A model generated the notes under the pieces. It had not been told where the DNA came from. It saw nothing but the letters and a program-made list of their open reading frames with translations, and made no database searches. DNA of 63,881 bases, filler included, from Blastocystis sp. subtype 4 (lineage: Eukaryota): NCBI RefSeq assembly GCF_000743755.1. It is 4 parts of 4 records of this genome, joined end to end, with 100 filler letters (N's around TTAATTAATTAA, not from the genome) between each part and the next. Parts side by side here need not be neighbours in the genome. Positions count along the whole stretch, not along the records: positions 37,860 to 52,853 come from NW_014569289.1; positions 52,954 to 63,881 come from NW_014569231.1; 2 more parts are not named here. One strand, written 5' to 3'. Of the stretch, positions 49,048 through 60,966 are shown piece after piece (within the stretch, counting starts at the first letter, position 1; every line of letters begins with the position of its first letter). Made by a program: the position numbers and the translations under genes.

Positions 49048-51951
49048 TTATATATCCTTATTGAAAGTGCTCTCAGTCGATACACCTTCGAGATTCTTGA
49101 TATACACCGAATTGTCCCTTCCTTCCTTCTCCAACAATGAAGGATCCTTCTCCACAACCTTCTTCAAATCTGCCATTTCCTTTGACTGCAATTCTTGTTC
49201 CATTACCTTCTGTGCCTTGCTTTCCATTTCTTCCACTACAGTCTTCTTTTGTCCTCCTTCCACAGCTCCTCGCTTGAACCCACTAATGGTAGGATGTCCA
49301 TCTTCCATGCCTAAAGTAACATCCACCATATCTGCCGAAATAACTTCACGCTATCCATCATTGACTTCAATCTCTCCTACCTGAGCAAATTCCGCTTGGA
49401 CAGACCGCTTGATTCGTTTCATCTCCTTGAACGTTTCCGTGTTTCCATGACGAACTTCAAAGTCCTTCCAGATCTCCCAGAATGTGATTTGAGTCTGAGG
49501 GTTACAGAATTGAGAAGCGTAAGTATAGATTGCACGAGCACGATCAATCTCACCTAATTTCGTCTCTAAATCTGCAAAACGTAAGGCAATATCCTTTACA
49601 CGATCATCAGGAACTGTCTCCATTGCCTTTTCATACACCTCACGAGTCTTGGTAGCCCCATAATATTCCTCAACCTTCTTAATATAGTATAAGAATAGTT
49701 CATGCTTGTCTTGAGGTGGAACAGCACTTGTAGCTCGATCAAGAATATCCATACAATGACGAATCATTCCATACTCCTCTTCTAATCGACTATACAACAA
49801 ATAGAACTCCTTTGCAAAATCAGCAGTCACATCTTGAAGACACTACGTATCAGGATCCCACTTAAACACATACTCGTTCAAAGATCTCACGAGCACGTTC
49901 AATCTTTGTTCCTTTGTATCTCTGAACGAATCGGTTCACATACTGAAGCCAGATCTCACGGCTATGTGGGAAAGAAAATACACTCACACCGCGTTCATAC
50001 ACACGAAAAGCCTCTTCATAACAGTGATGTTCCTCGAGATAGGCAGCATAGTTCAATACATTCTAAATCATGATTCAAAGTTACAGCTTACTTGAGGAGT
50101 GATGATCTTCAAATTGAACATACGGTCATATGCGGCTTTTGTTGTTTCCATTGTACCTAAAGACTCCTCCAAATCCACTAACAAATTCCACAGACGCAAT
50201 GATTTGTAGACATACTCTTGAGGTCGGTGTTGAACGGCCGAATCTCTATCACTCATCGACACTCATAATAACTACTCTTCTGATATTGAATAATTCTGCC
50301 GAGGTTGAGTGGTGGCTTGGAGACAGGTTTGGTATGCCTCTTCCAGCATATCATGACGAAGCAACATTTCTACCCATTCACTCCATACAGCTGCCAATTC
50401 TTCTACTGATTTGAACCAGACTTGGGTTGCCTTCTCGAATACACGCACTGCATTCTCCATATCATCATATTTCTCATAGAATTTGGCAAAATTGATCCAT
50501 AACTGAGAGAGCTTTCCCACTGCCTTCATTGGATCTACTGTTTTGACTCCCTCTGTGAAGGCAATGACTGCTTTGGCCGGCTGCGGTTCTGTCACAGCTC
50601 CCTTTGCTGGATCCATGAAGAGGTTTACTCGATATTGCCACTGTCGGACGTCATGAGGGTTCTGTCTTAGACGGACATTGTTCAGTAAGATAGGTTGACT
50701 GTTGATCAAATGCTCCAGACGTTTGCGACGGAGATCCATATCGTTGAAATTCTCATTCAAATCAACCAGATCCTCATCTCCTTCAGCTATTTCTTCTCCA
50801 AAATTCAAATCGTCTTCTGACGTTTCTTCCTCCTCTTCTTCCTATAGATAAACCCTTCTCCTAATCAGTACGGTTTGAATCAGGATTTCCAGCATATGCA
50901 TCTCCGATTGAACATATGCATCATAGACCATGGAAAAATCACGAACAGAGGATACAGTTTGAATGGCCTCTTCATACCTATATAATCACTTTTATTTCAC
51001 TTATTTACACATCCCGAGCTTTCTCATTATTATTAATTCGATTATAGTACTCAGCCAGCATACACCACCATCTCCCTTCTTCTTCAGGAAACTTCATAAT
51101 ACCACTGCGAATCACTCGACTAATATTTAGAGATGTCACTTCTGTTGGATGCTTCACGATCACATCCATCAATTTGACCCAGAATTCATGTTTCGTTGTT
51201 CCTTCTTTGCTTTTGTAATTCTCTTGATTGATGAGTTTGCAGAGTTGAATGGCGGCTTCATCGTACTTCCCAATTGCAATTAAGTAACTAAGGTTCATCA
51301 CTATCTCTGGATTTACTCAATATATTGCTCAACAACGGAAGGCTCAATCAACATATATCGACGATATACACGAACTGCCGTCTCCCAGACACCACAATCA
51401 TGCACAAACTGAATGTACAGATCCCATATCATATCGTGCTGAGTGATGGGGAGAGACTGCAGGGCACGATCAAACGTACGTCTTGTCATTGTAATCTTCT
51501 TTTGTTTCATCAAGAACCGACAATATGCAAGCCATATCTTAGGCATTTTGTGCATATATAAAAGGGCTTGGTCGAAATCGTTGTTCACCTCAGTAAACAG
51601 CGGATCTGTTATCACAAGATCTTGACACTAAACATTAAAAGCCAGAATAAACAATGTACAAGTCGTCTTCTCTCTTCCAAGTAATTATTCCACAACTTAT
51701 AGCTTCCAGGCAAGTTCTTTAGTGCACGACGATATATTGCAAATCGCTGCTTCAATCATCAATCAAAACACAAATCCTACTTCTGGCTCCTTTCCTCGTT
51801 TCGACTGAAGATACTGCCACCAAATTCGGAAATTGTATGGTTCTCGTTCGAGTTCATGCTCATAGATCGCACTAGAGTCGTCCTAAACAAATCACACCAA
51901 CAATGAGCTGTTTACCTCCATAAGTGCTTCTAAGTTTTCAATAGCACTCAT
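49048..51951 (-). CDS. SYF1: Pre-mRNA splicing factor SYF1/XAB2
   Basis: HAT repeats MHKMPKIWLAY, RRTFDRALQSLPITQH, LRQNPHDV, LETKLGEIDRARAIY, FEVRHGNTETFKEMKRIKRSV. Confidence 0.95.
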
Positions 51952-52049
51952 CAGTTCTCTAGAGATAGGAATGGATTACTTGGTAACACAATCTTGCGAT
52001 TTGAAAAAAGACTACAAACAAACAGGTCACAAAGACAAAACTATACGAA

Positions 52050-52853
52050 TCAATAGGCTCTGCTGAAATGCGTCTCTCCACATGAACACTGACAACGATC
52101 ACCAATACTGAAGCATTTACACTTCTCTCCTCTCATTCCATCTACCACATAACTTGTGTTGCATATTCCACTAATCCACAGATCCATCGAAATTGCCTCA
52201 TTCTCCTTTCCTGCACTTGACTTGAATGCTCCTGCAGGAATGTTCAGCGTGAATATACCTTCATGCATCACAGTCTCATCGAAGAAGATCAACACACGAT
52301 TCCCTTTCACTTGAATAGCACGATCATCATCCAAACGCATTGCCAGATCCTCCTCGCCATGAACCAACTCCACTTCCATCATCTCCTCACTCACTTGAAC
52401 TGCATGATTAAACACCAGCTCCACACGACCATTCTGAGGTACAGTAGTGTTGGATGCAATCTCATTCACTACTCGCAAGGGTGACTCCACATCAAATACC
52501 ACTGGCATCTTAAATGTGTACTCATTCCCAGCACGATCCACGAATACCACTTCAGCATCTCCCTACACTCAAGACCCATCTTCAGTCCTACTGAACCCTC
52601 TACGACCACTTCAAAAGTATTCACGAAGCCTTCCTTGACGGTAACTGAGACCACCACACCACTGAATGAAACCACAGTAGCAGGTTCATTCAGAGTCAGT
52701 ATCAGCGTCTTGGTATTCTCCTCCTCTAGCATGGAGTACAAATACTGTGTGTTCACCAAGTAAGGAGCTTCATCATCGTAGATACAGCCATTCAACACAC
52801 CACTGCGGAGACGCAAACCACGTTCAGATTGCAACTCACGACGAAGAATTACT
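52050..52853 (-). CDS. 3' part of a protein with an Ig-like (SbsA/Big_5-like) domain and Cys-rich C-terminus, cut by the gap
   Basis: VELVFNHAV...LNIPAGAFKSSAG; CKCFSIGDRCQCSCG. Confidence 0.55.
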
Positions 52854-52953
52854 NNNNNNNNNNNNNNNNNNNNNNNNNNNNNNNNNNNNNNNNNNNNTTA
52901 ATTAATTAANNNNNNNNNNNNNNNNNNNNNNNNNNNNNNNNNNNNNNNNNNNN
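52854..52953. other. Artificial contig linker
   Basis: N-TTAATTAATTAA-N, 100 nt. Confidence 0.97.
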
Positions 52954-53142
52954 CGAGTGTGACAACCTACGTTTAGAAACAAACCAACAAACCAAGGTAC
53001 TCTTAGCGGGATTCACAGGAGTAGTACTACATTCATCGTTAAGAAACAATCAATAAACAACAAAAATAGAACAAACAGCATAATCAACTTATTCAAGACT
53101 CTTAAAATCCCAATGAAATATTACATACCTGTACTTCACCAT
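52954..53142 (-). CDS. RPL17: 60S ribosomal protein L17 (uL22), 5' part; missed by the ORF track
   Basis: ATG at 53142, 102-nt intron 53128-53027 and a ~35-nt intron give MVKYSTTPVNPAKSCHTR, matching the MVKYS...K.C.ARG N-terminus of eukaryotic uL22. Confidence 0.8.
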
Positions 53143-53247
53143 CGTAAGTATAGAACAACAACTGGTTGCGTATTTAAGGAGAATGGATGAACAAATGACC
53201 GCGGGAATTGCCTGAATTAGTAAAACAGCATCAATTGTCTTTCAAGG

Positions 53248-53610
53248 ATGATAAATCTATGTTCGTTGTCTCCTTTCAGAGTAACAAAGAATACTATTGA
53301 TTCTGTTGATGGGTAATGATCTTTCGTAGAACAGTGTTGTATCCTATTGGCCTTGATGTTGTAGTGGTCCTTGGTGGATGTAATTTGGCAGAATAGGGTT
53401 AGGAAACGAAACTGCAAATATGTAATATCTTATGTGATTACAGACTGAAGAAATGATCAGTGCTTTGTTCTCTTGCTTTCAAGTTATGGGTATGGTTTAT
53501 GTGATGTACTATTCTGTTGACATAGTTCATTCAGTAGTTCCCTTGATTATCATATTGATTATCACTGCATTCTTTTTGGTTTGTTTTTACCATACACTTT
53601 TGTCTGCTAA
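53248..53610 (+). CDS. Possible small multi-exon membrane protein
   Basis: Several GT..AG micro-introns and a hydrophobic last exon VVPLIIILIITAFFLVCF; exon model uncertain. Confidence 0.35.
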
Positions 53611-53725
53611 AGGCTTAAATTGACTAAGTATGTGCTCATGTCTTGAATTGGTACTTTTTTTGTTGGTGAGTTTGAACTCCTTTTGCAAAGCATTTTTCCT
53701 AACCCTCCACAGGTGATCACTAATC

Positions 53726-54144
53726 ATGGCTCCCTTTGAAAATATGTCTACTGTTGAGAAGGAGGAACTTGCTATTTCTCTTGCTGCATTGATCTGTGCT
53801 GATGCCAAGGTCGAACTTACTGTAACTTGTAGATGATCATTATAATAGATAGAAGGACAATTTGGATAAGTTGGTGAAGGCTTCTGGTAATACTATTGCT
53901 CCCTATTGGTCTATGGTGTTTGCCTCGAATTTGGCTGGAAAGGATCTCCTAGATATGATTGCTGCTCCTGGTAATGATTGCTGTATTGGATTCATATTCA
54001 GGTGTTGGTGCTGCAGCCCCCGCTGCTGGTACTGCTCCTGCTGCTGAGGAGAAGAAGGAGGAAGAGGCGAAAGAGGAAGAAGAAGAAGAGGACATTGATA
54101 TGTCTGGAGGTGGTCTCTTCGGTGATGATGATGATGACTGGTAA
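53726..54144 (+). CDS. RPLP1: 60S acidic ribosomal protein P1
   Basis: ELAISLAALICAD, LVKASGNTIAPYW, Ala-rich hinge, EEEEEEDIDMSGGGLFGDDDDDW. Confidence 0.92.
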
Positions 54145-54269
54145 ACATGTCAAAGAGCCATGTTTTTCCTTTTCTGTTTGTTGTTCAGTATGGTCCTTTT
54201 GTTTGAAAAGCCCCTAATTCTTTTTTCATGTTCCATTTCTCTTATTCTAGTAGTTACTGATACCATTAA

Positions 54270-54887
54270 ATGCCTTCCAGAGGATCTACGTATGAATGCC
54301 TTGTATTTGCACTTAAATCTAGTGTTGATAGCTTCGATCAGACACTTAAGGAGTTGACTCCCTCAGGTTTCCCTATCACAAGCAGTTTTGATAATATGGG
54401 TGATTTCATATAATAGAACTGTGTTTTGGATTTGTTGGTCTTTTGACAAGTGCAATTCCAGCCTATTTATTTACTAGTAAGTTCTTCAGCGTCAGCCTCT
54501 CTGTATCTCCTGGTTGTCTGATGTGAGTTGTAGTACTATCCTATATTCCTTGGAACTATTGTTATTTGTGCCATTTTACTGGCTACAACATACAACAAAC
54601 TTGCATTAGATGAGTTTGGACGTGTGATGGAGAGAAAGTGAAGATGTGGAGAGAGTGTGACGTTTAGGAAGCGTTTTGGTGAAGAAGAGAGTGAGCTGTA
54701 TGGACGAAGAGAAGCAGCTGCCTATTCAATGTTTATTACGAATCTGATCTATGTGGGTTGTGCTGCTCTTTTGTCCTTTGTGATCCTTCCTCGTTTTAAT
54801 ATTGATCTACCTACCTATGTTATCTATGTGGTTGTGTCCATCCTTTCTGGAGTCTTTGCATTCGGTTGTGGCTATGGATTCTTCTGA
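54270..54887 (+). CDS. SSR3: Translocon-associated protein gamma (TRAP-gamma)
   Basis: Four TM segments; SAIPAYLF, LATTYNKL, EAAAYSMFITNLIY match the family pattern. Confidence 0.65.
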
Positions 54888-54983
54888 GTTAACACTTGGG
54901 ATATGTGTTTATGTGATTGTTTGATAAACTTATTACTTCTTGACAGAGGAACAGTTCTAAATAGTGAATCAAACAAACATATC

Positions 54984-56560
54984 CAGTTATAACCACGACT
55001 TGTCATCATTACAAAATCACTTCCAGCTTTCCGCATTGTTCTAGCCATAACGCTATATGTACTATGGCTTGTTAAGATCAAATAATCACATTGGGCGAGA
55101 ATTAACATATCGATAACAGCTCGAGAGAACCCATCCGCATCTCGTGCTCCAGTCTTACTATGGCCACGATGATATTCATTCGATGTCACTATCAAATCAC
55201 CATACTTCTCACGTAACATTGTTTCTGCTTTATCAGCATCAGTTGAAATCAACCACCGTGTATTGTTGATATTCAAGTGATGTTCTTCCATGAATGCCTC
55301 TGCTTTATTAGCATAGCGATACACATCATGAGGATGAAGGAAGATATGTGTATCTTTGAATGTCCCTCCACTAGTCCCCATTCGAATATGAAATCCAATA
55401 AGGAACATTCCTTTCCAAGGATTCAATACTTCATCAACCTTTTCCTGAATCCATGGTTGAGGTTTCAGTACTTTCGTCAAGAACACTTGTAATGCATCCA
55501 TTGACAGGTCAGTATAATACTGATCGTACTTACGAGAAGCATCATCTGCATTGATGGGAATACTGTAGTTGATATGGCTGGGATCTACAAATCCCATTCG
55601 TGCCAGTTTCAAGATGTAATTGTCATGACGAATGATGTATTGGAGATAGGCGAGAAAACCTGTAACAATGACTCCTTCTGATCGACAGTACAGCCGAGGA
55701 GAGAGTTTACGCATCGATTTATCACTTGGTTGCATGTAACTGTAATGACGATTCCAATTGACAAAGCCGTGGGTTGGCCTCTTCGCAACTATTTCATTAC
55801 AGTATATTCAAAACATACAAGTATAGGTCGAGTTCTGCTCTTTGAAGGAAAATGTGAAATGACGAGTGAACTGAGCATAGTTCAGGAGAAAGGCTCTCTT
55901 TGTTAATATCGCATAGAAAAAAGAAGATGAAAGAGCTAGAAGACTATTTCCCAATCCAGTCTCTTTCATTGGGAAATACACAACAACGCGCTTGCTCTTA
56001 CTTGCTGTTAAGTTATTATGTAGATTAGTGTAAGTTTCCATAAACGAAGATACGTTCCCATTATGATTGAAATATGGATCGTCCAAAGGAATGTCATCCT
56101 CAATTGGACCAACAAACAATGGATTCTGACGTTTTGGAGGTGTGGGCTTGGTGTTCGTCTCAGGGGTAGTGGTTGTATTGGGTGTTGTAGGAACAAGAGA
56201 AATCTTCTCTGGAACATCTGTAGCCTTGTTTATAATATCCAAATTCGTTCCCATCTGAAATAAATGCTCTGGCTGCACAACAGTCTTTTTTGAAGGAGAC
56301 TCATGAGATATCTGATCACGCTGTAAATCAACTGCAAACGTCTCAACAATCTAGATCTAACGAATTTGCAACCACACACATACAAAATCACGAGGATCAT
56401 ATGGTTTCTCGACTGTCCGAGAAACCCACATAATTGGTATATGGCTTTGTACTGCACGTTCTGAGTCAATTATATATTCCAAATAACAATATAAGTAGAA
56501 ACAGAATAACAAGAGATAGAGGACGAACTCCCATGATTGTTTCCTCCACATACATCTCAT
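54984..56560 (-). CDS. Type II membrane fucosyltransferase (GT11/GT23/GT37 superfamily); stop made by polyadenylation
   Basis: N-terminal TM, PT-rich stem, GLGNSLLAL, IGFHIRMG (motif I), ISTD (II), DMLILAQCDYLILTSHSTYS (III). Confidence 0.85.
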
Positions 56561-56703
56561 TTCAACAGATTAATCAAATTGACTCAAATCTGATTACAAG
56601 AGAGATGGATTATGATCCTTGTTGATCTGCGAGTGGAAAAACAATTCGGCTCACCTTCTATTGCAGAGAAGTAACAATAATACAGGAGTCAAACAAACAG
56701 TAC

Positions 56704-57175
56704 ACCATGCCAACTCTTTTGACAAATCCTCAAATCTGGCCTTCTTTGCAGGATAAAAGTACTTTCCAGGAATCTGCTCAGTATCAATCTTCATAGCCTG
56801 TTGCCTCAACTCCTCTGTCGGAAGAGCAGCAATTGCTAAATCACGCAAAAATATCTTATCAATCAATCGCTTCTCCGCTGTATGATGGAGATATGCCATT
56901 TGTCTTGAATACTCCTTAGCAATCTTTGAATACTCTTCTTGTTGTTCAGGAGTCAATTTGGGAGGTTCATATGTACGCATCTTGTAGTAATGAATCAGAA
57001 GAGATTTGAGCTGCTTTTGATCCATCTCAGACTCTGACTTGGATGCCTTTTTCGATTTGGCCTTACTCGCATCCGTCTTAGGTTTCGCTGTGGCGAAAAA
57101 GACACAGAATCGGTTTGTCACTTGTGGAATATACACCGAAATTGATTTCGATGATACAGAAATCAAACGATTCAT
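56704..57175 (-). CDS. Mitochondrial ribosomal protein mL40-like; stop made by polyadenylation
   Basis: Presequence MNRLISVSSKS; AIAALPTEELRQQAMKID resembles mL40/MRPL28. Confidence 0.6.
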
Positions 57176-57316
57176 TTACTTGCGAGATAATGATATTGGA
57201 GTAAAACCGCGGTTCTCCTCTGTTCTATCTCAAGTGACAAAGAGAGATTCTCTGTGACCAATTCTTGTTTTCTGTAGTTAAGGAGTGTGATATTGTGTCA
57301 TTAGTAACTTGAAGGA

Positions 57317-58105
57317 ATGGATGGAAGTGAAACGACCAATCTCACTTCCTTTACTGTATCTGCTTCAGATATTCGAATTGTGGATGTAGCAGTTGAATTG
57401 GACCATGATTATTCTGTAGAATACACATCCTGGCATGGTAACTCCTCAATCAACAACACAGGTGATACCTTTTATTTTGTCTGATTGATAGGATGTTTTA
57501 CACTCTCCTCAAACACCTTCTGTGATGAATGCATGTGATGCGGAGGACTGCTTTACTCCTCTTGTATTCTCTCAAAACTCAATTATGTCGCAATCACAGG
57601 AACAGATACCAATATATCGATTTGTATGTATTTATCTGAATCTTATGAGATAGCATGAAGAATTGCAGCGGATCTCAAGAACCATTCTTTGTTCTGAACG
57701 GATATCTCCTCAACCGTGCCAAGAGCATCTAAAGATTGTATCAACCAAGAGTCGAACGAATGCTTTTGATTCTCTGGACAGTACTCCTTCAAACAGTCGG
57801 CGAGTATCTATTGAAGGCAATAAAACCGAAACTTCTTTGCCGAGTCGGTTATCCATCATTGATGGAATCTATCGAAAACTGAAGAAGTACCTCGAACAGG
57901 AGATTGCTCGACGCTCTACTACTGAGTTTCTGTCAAGTAGTACTCCAGGAAAGTCTATTCTTTATGTAGGCGTGTTGTTTTTATGTTATTCTAGACTCTG
58001 ACAACGTGCCCTCCTCTAAAGAAGATTAACCGAAGAGTCAGTTCTCCTACTTTTGATAGTACAGAGGACTTAAAGGCTTCGAAGCGCATGTACTTTTCTT
58101 TTTAG
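57317..58105 (+). CDS. Ser/Thr-rich hypothetical protein, multi-exon
   Basis: Open frame recovered through four ~30-nt introns; no known motif. Confidence 0.5.
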
Positions 58106-58135
58106 TATACCATATTTTTCATTTTTGTTTTTTCT

Positions 58136-59399
58136 ATGATTCCAAGGAATTGTACACGTCTATACTCCTCTCTTGCTCGTATACGGCGAAAGCACAAAGT
58201 AGCAATGGTTATTGGATTCTATGGAGGAAAGTAAACTTGCATGACTATTTTTGATGATGTAGGTTTTCTGGAATGCAATGTAACATGCAAAAGACATCAA
58301 TCGAAGATCAATTGATTCAAGCTCTATATTCATTAGGTAAAATTGAGTTTGCAAATGTATACAAACCGTCAAAGTTTGATTGGGAACGTTGCTCTCGTTT
58401 GTCTCGCTTTTATTGGTTTAGAAATAGGAACTGACAAAGGTGTTAGTGCAATGAAGATTGTTGTTACTGGAAAGATGCTCGATTATGAAGACGAGTTTGG
58501 AGATGACTTACATAGTCCACTGTCGGTAGACCGTCTTAATGCGATTCTTCCTGATGATATCCGTGTGTTTAGTTGTAAGGGAAAGGATATCAAGTCATTT
58601 GAAGATGTTCGTATCAGTAATCATTTTAATCCCCATCTGAATACGTTTTCGCGACAGTACTCATATTTATTGCCAGTAACAGACTTGAAACGGCTTGGAG
58701 TGGATCTGGATCGAATTCTCTTTGAGAAGAGTCTTCAGGTGTTTCAGGGAACCCATTATATGAAGAATTACTCAGGTTCAATTCGACATTGGAACAAATC
58801 TCTCCGTCAATTCTATGTTCGAACGATGTAAGTTTTGACAAAGTATCGTGATTTAGTAACTCCATTGACGTTGAATCGGTCCATCTGAACCAGAAGGAGT
58901 TCTGGAATGTGACTTTGAATGGAAATAGTTTCTTATATCACCAAATTCGAAAGATGATTGGTGCCTCTATTGCTACGAGTTGTGGTTCATGGTCGTTTGA
59001 GTATCTTCAGAAATGTCCTTCTTGCTCTTCGTTTTCATAACTAGCATTTGAATCGAGTGGAATTCAAGTTCCTCTGGCTCCTAGTACTCCTCTTGCTTTG
59101 AGATCCATTACTTTTCGAAGCGATAAACATGTCTATTTAGATCAGAGCGAACTTGAACAAGCAGTAAGTTGTGGAAAACACAGAAAGAATGAGAATCCAA
59201 ACAAGTTTTATGACAATCTTCTTCTATTGAATAACGAGGAGAATCAACAAGTAGTGTTATCTATACGTTTTTATAGTGTTAGAGTGAGAAGTTTTTTAAC
59301 TCGTACATCTTCCCTCGCATGGTCCAAGATATTTCACTGGATCAAAAGGAGTTTGATCATTTTGTGTCAAGTCTACACTTAGGTTTACAGTATTATTAA
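58136..59399 (+). CDS. tRNA pseudouridine synthase, TruA/PUS1 family
   Basis: Spliced SRTDKGVSA (catalytic D), LNAILPDDIRVF, GNSFLYHQIRKMIG. Confidence 0.9.
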
Positions 59400-59427
59400 C
59401 TTGTTTCTTGAGCATTGTTTTTTGTGA

Positions 59428-60874
59428 ATGGAGTATACAAACCAATTTGGAGAACGGTGCAGTACGGAGCGAGTCTTACAGTATCTTCTCCAATCAGGAT
59501 TGCTGGGGAAAGAGAATCCCTGTGGTTTGTTCATTAGTCGTGATGTTCTCATGTCCAATATAAACGAAATTAAGAGTGCTTTTCCTGAACCATTCTTTAG
59601 TCATCGGTATGCTGTCAAAGCAAATCCTATCAAGGAACTGCTGAGAATTGTGAAAGAAAACGGATTTGGATGTGAATGTGCTTCCTTTGGAGAAGTTTAC
59701 AATGCACTGAGCTCTGGAATGGAAGAAAAGGATGTTTGTTTGGTTCTTTGAATTGATTATAGATCGTTTATGATTCTCCTTTGAAACTGGAAAAGGACCT
59801 CCGATTCTGTTTCGAACGAGGCATCCACATCAACTTCGACAATATGCAGGAAGTACTTTCTCACATTTCCGCTTATGTTTGTAGATGGAGATGGGATACG
59901 AGTTGTATTGCACCATGAAGGAGCAAGGACAGGTCAAGGAGGGTCATATTGGTCTTCGAATCAATAGTCAGTATGGCTCTGGAGCAATTGAAGCTACCTC
60001 TACTGCGACTCCGACTTCAAAGTTTGGATTGCCTCTGAAAGACACGGATTTTGATGAACTCGTTTCCATGTTTCGAAAGTGGCCAGCACTGGATGCCCTC
60101 CACAGTCATGTAGGGTCTCAAGGAGTTGATCTTCACTTGATGGTGGGAGGTGTGAAGTGCATTGTGGATTTAGCAGATCGGATTAATCATATCCTTGGAC
60201 GCAAACAAGTATTTCTCCTAGCTAATTATGACGAATAGATTACGGTCCTGGATATCGGAGGAGGTCTTCCTGTGGACTACAAACACGACGAATCTAATCA
60301 GATTTCGTTGGAATATTCGCGACATCTCCGACAAGAAGTTCCACGTCTCTTCTCTGGAGATTTCATCGTAGTTACGGAAATGGGTCGTGCAGTGGTTGCA
60401 ACTAGTGGATGGTTCGTCAGCCGAATTGAGTACACGAAAATCGCTAGTGGACGTTTGATTGGTATTACACATGCTGGCGGGAACATGTTCGTTCGTGAAG
60501 TGTATATGGGAAGTACTTGGTTCCATCCTATTACTGTTTATGATGGTTCGGGATGCAGGAAGACAGCCGATGTGAAGTGTGTTGATCTTGCAGGTCCTTT
60601 GTGTTTTTCAGGAGATCTTATTGCTAAAGGACTTGATTTACCTTCGTTCCAACAGGGAGACTACCTTGTTTATCACCATACAGCTGCATACTCGATTGGA
60701 ATGTATTCAATGTACAACTCAATTGCAACACCCCCTGTGTATTTGTACTCTGTTGCAAAGGAAACAAACGAGGTAACTGTAAAGCTGATTAAGCGGGAAG
60801 AAAGTGTTGAGCAAATAACTACCTTTTGGGATTTCTTTCTTTCTTGTTTTGAAAATTCAATTCCTCGATACTGA
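59428..60874 (+). CDS. PLP-dependent decarboxylase, fold type III (diaminopimelate decarboxylase-like)
   Basis: YAVKANP (PLP Lys), ECASFGE, GLRIN, SKFG, HSHVGSQ, DIGGGL, EMGR, AGPLCFSGD; may end near 60836 by poly(A)-made stop. Confidence 0.85.
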
Positions 60875-60966
60875 TGAGTTAATAAGTATAGTGAATCCAA
60901 CTCTTGATAATTAATATTACAAGTCATAACTAAACATTTGTTCATGCCAATAACAATTCCAACGAA

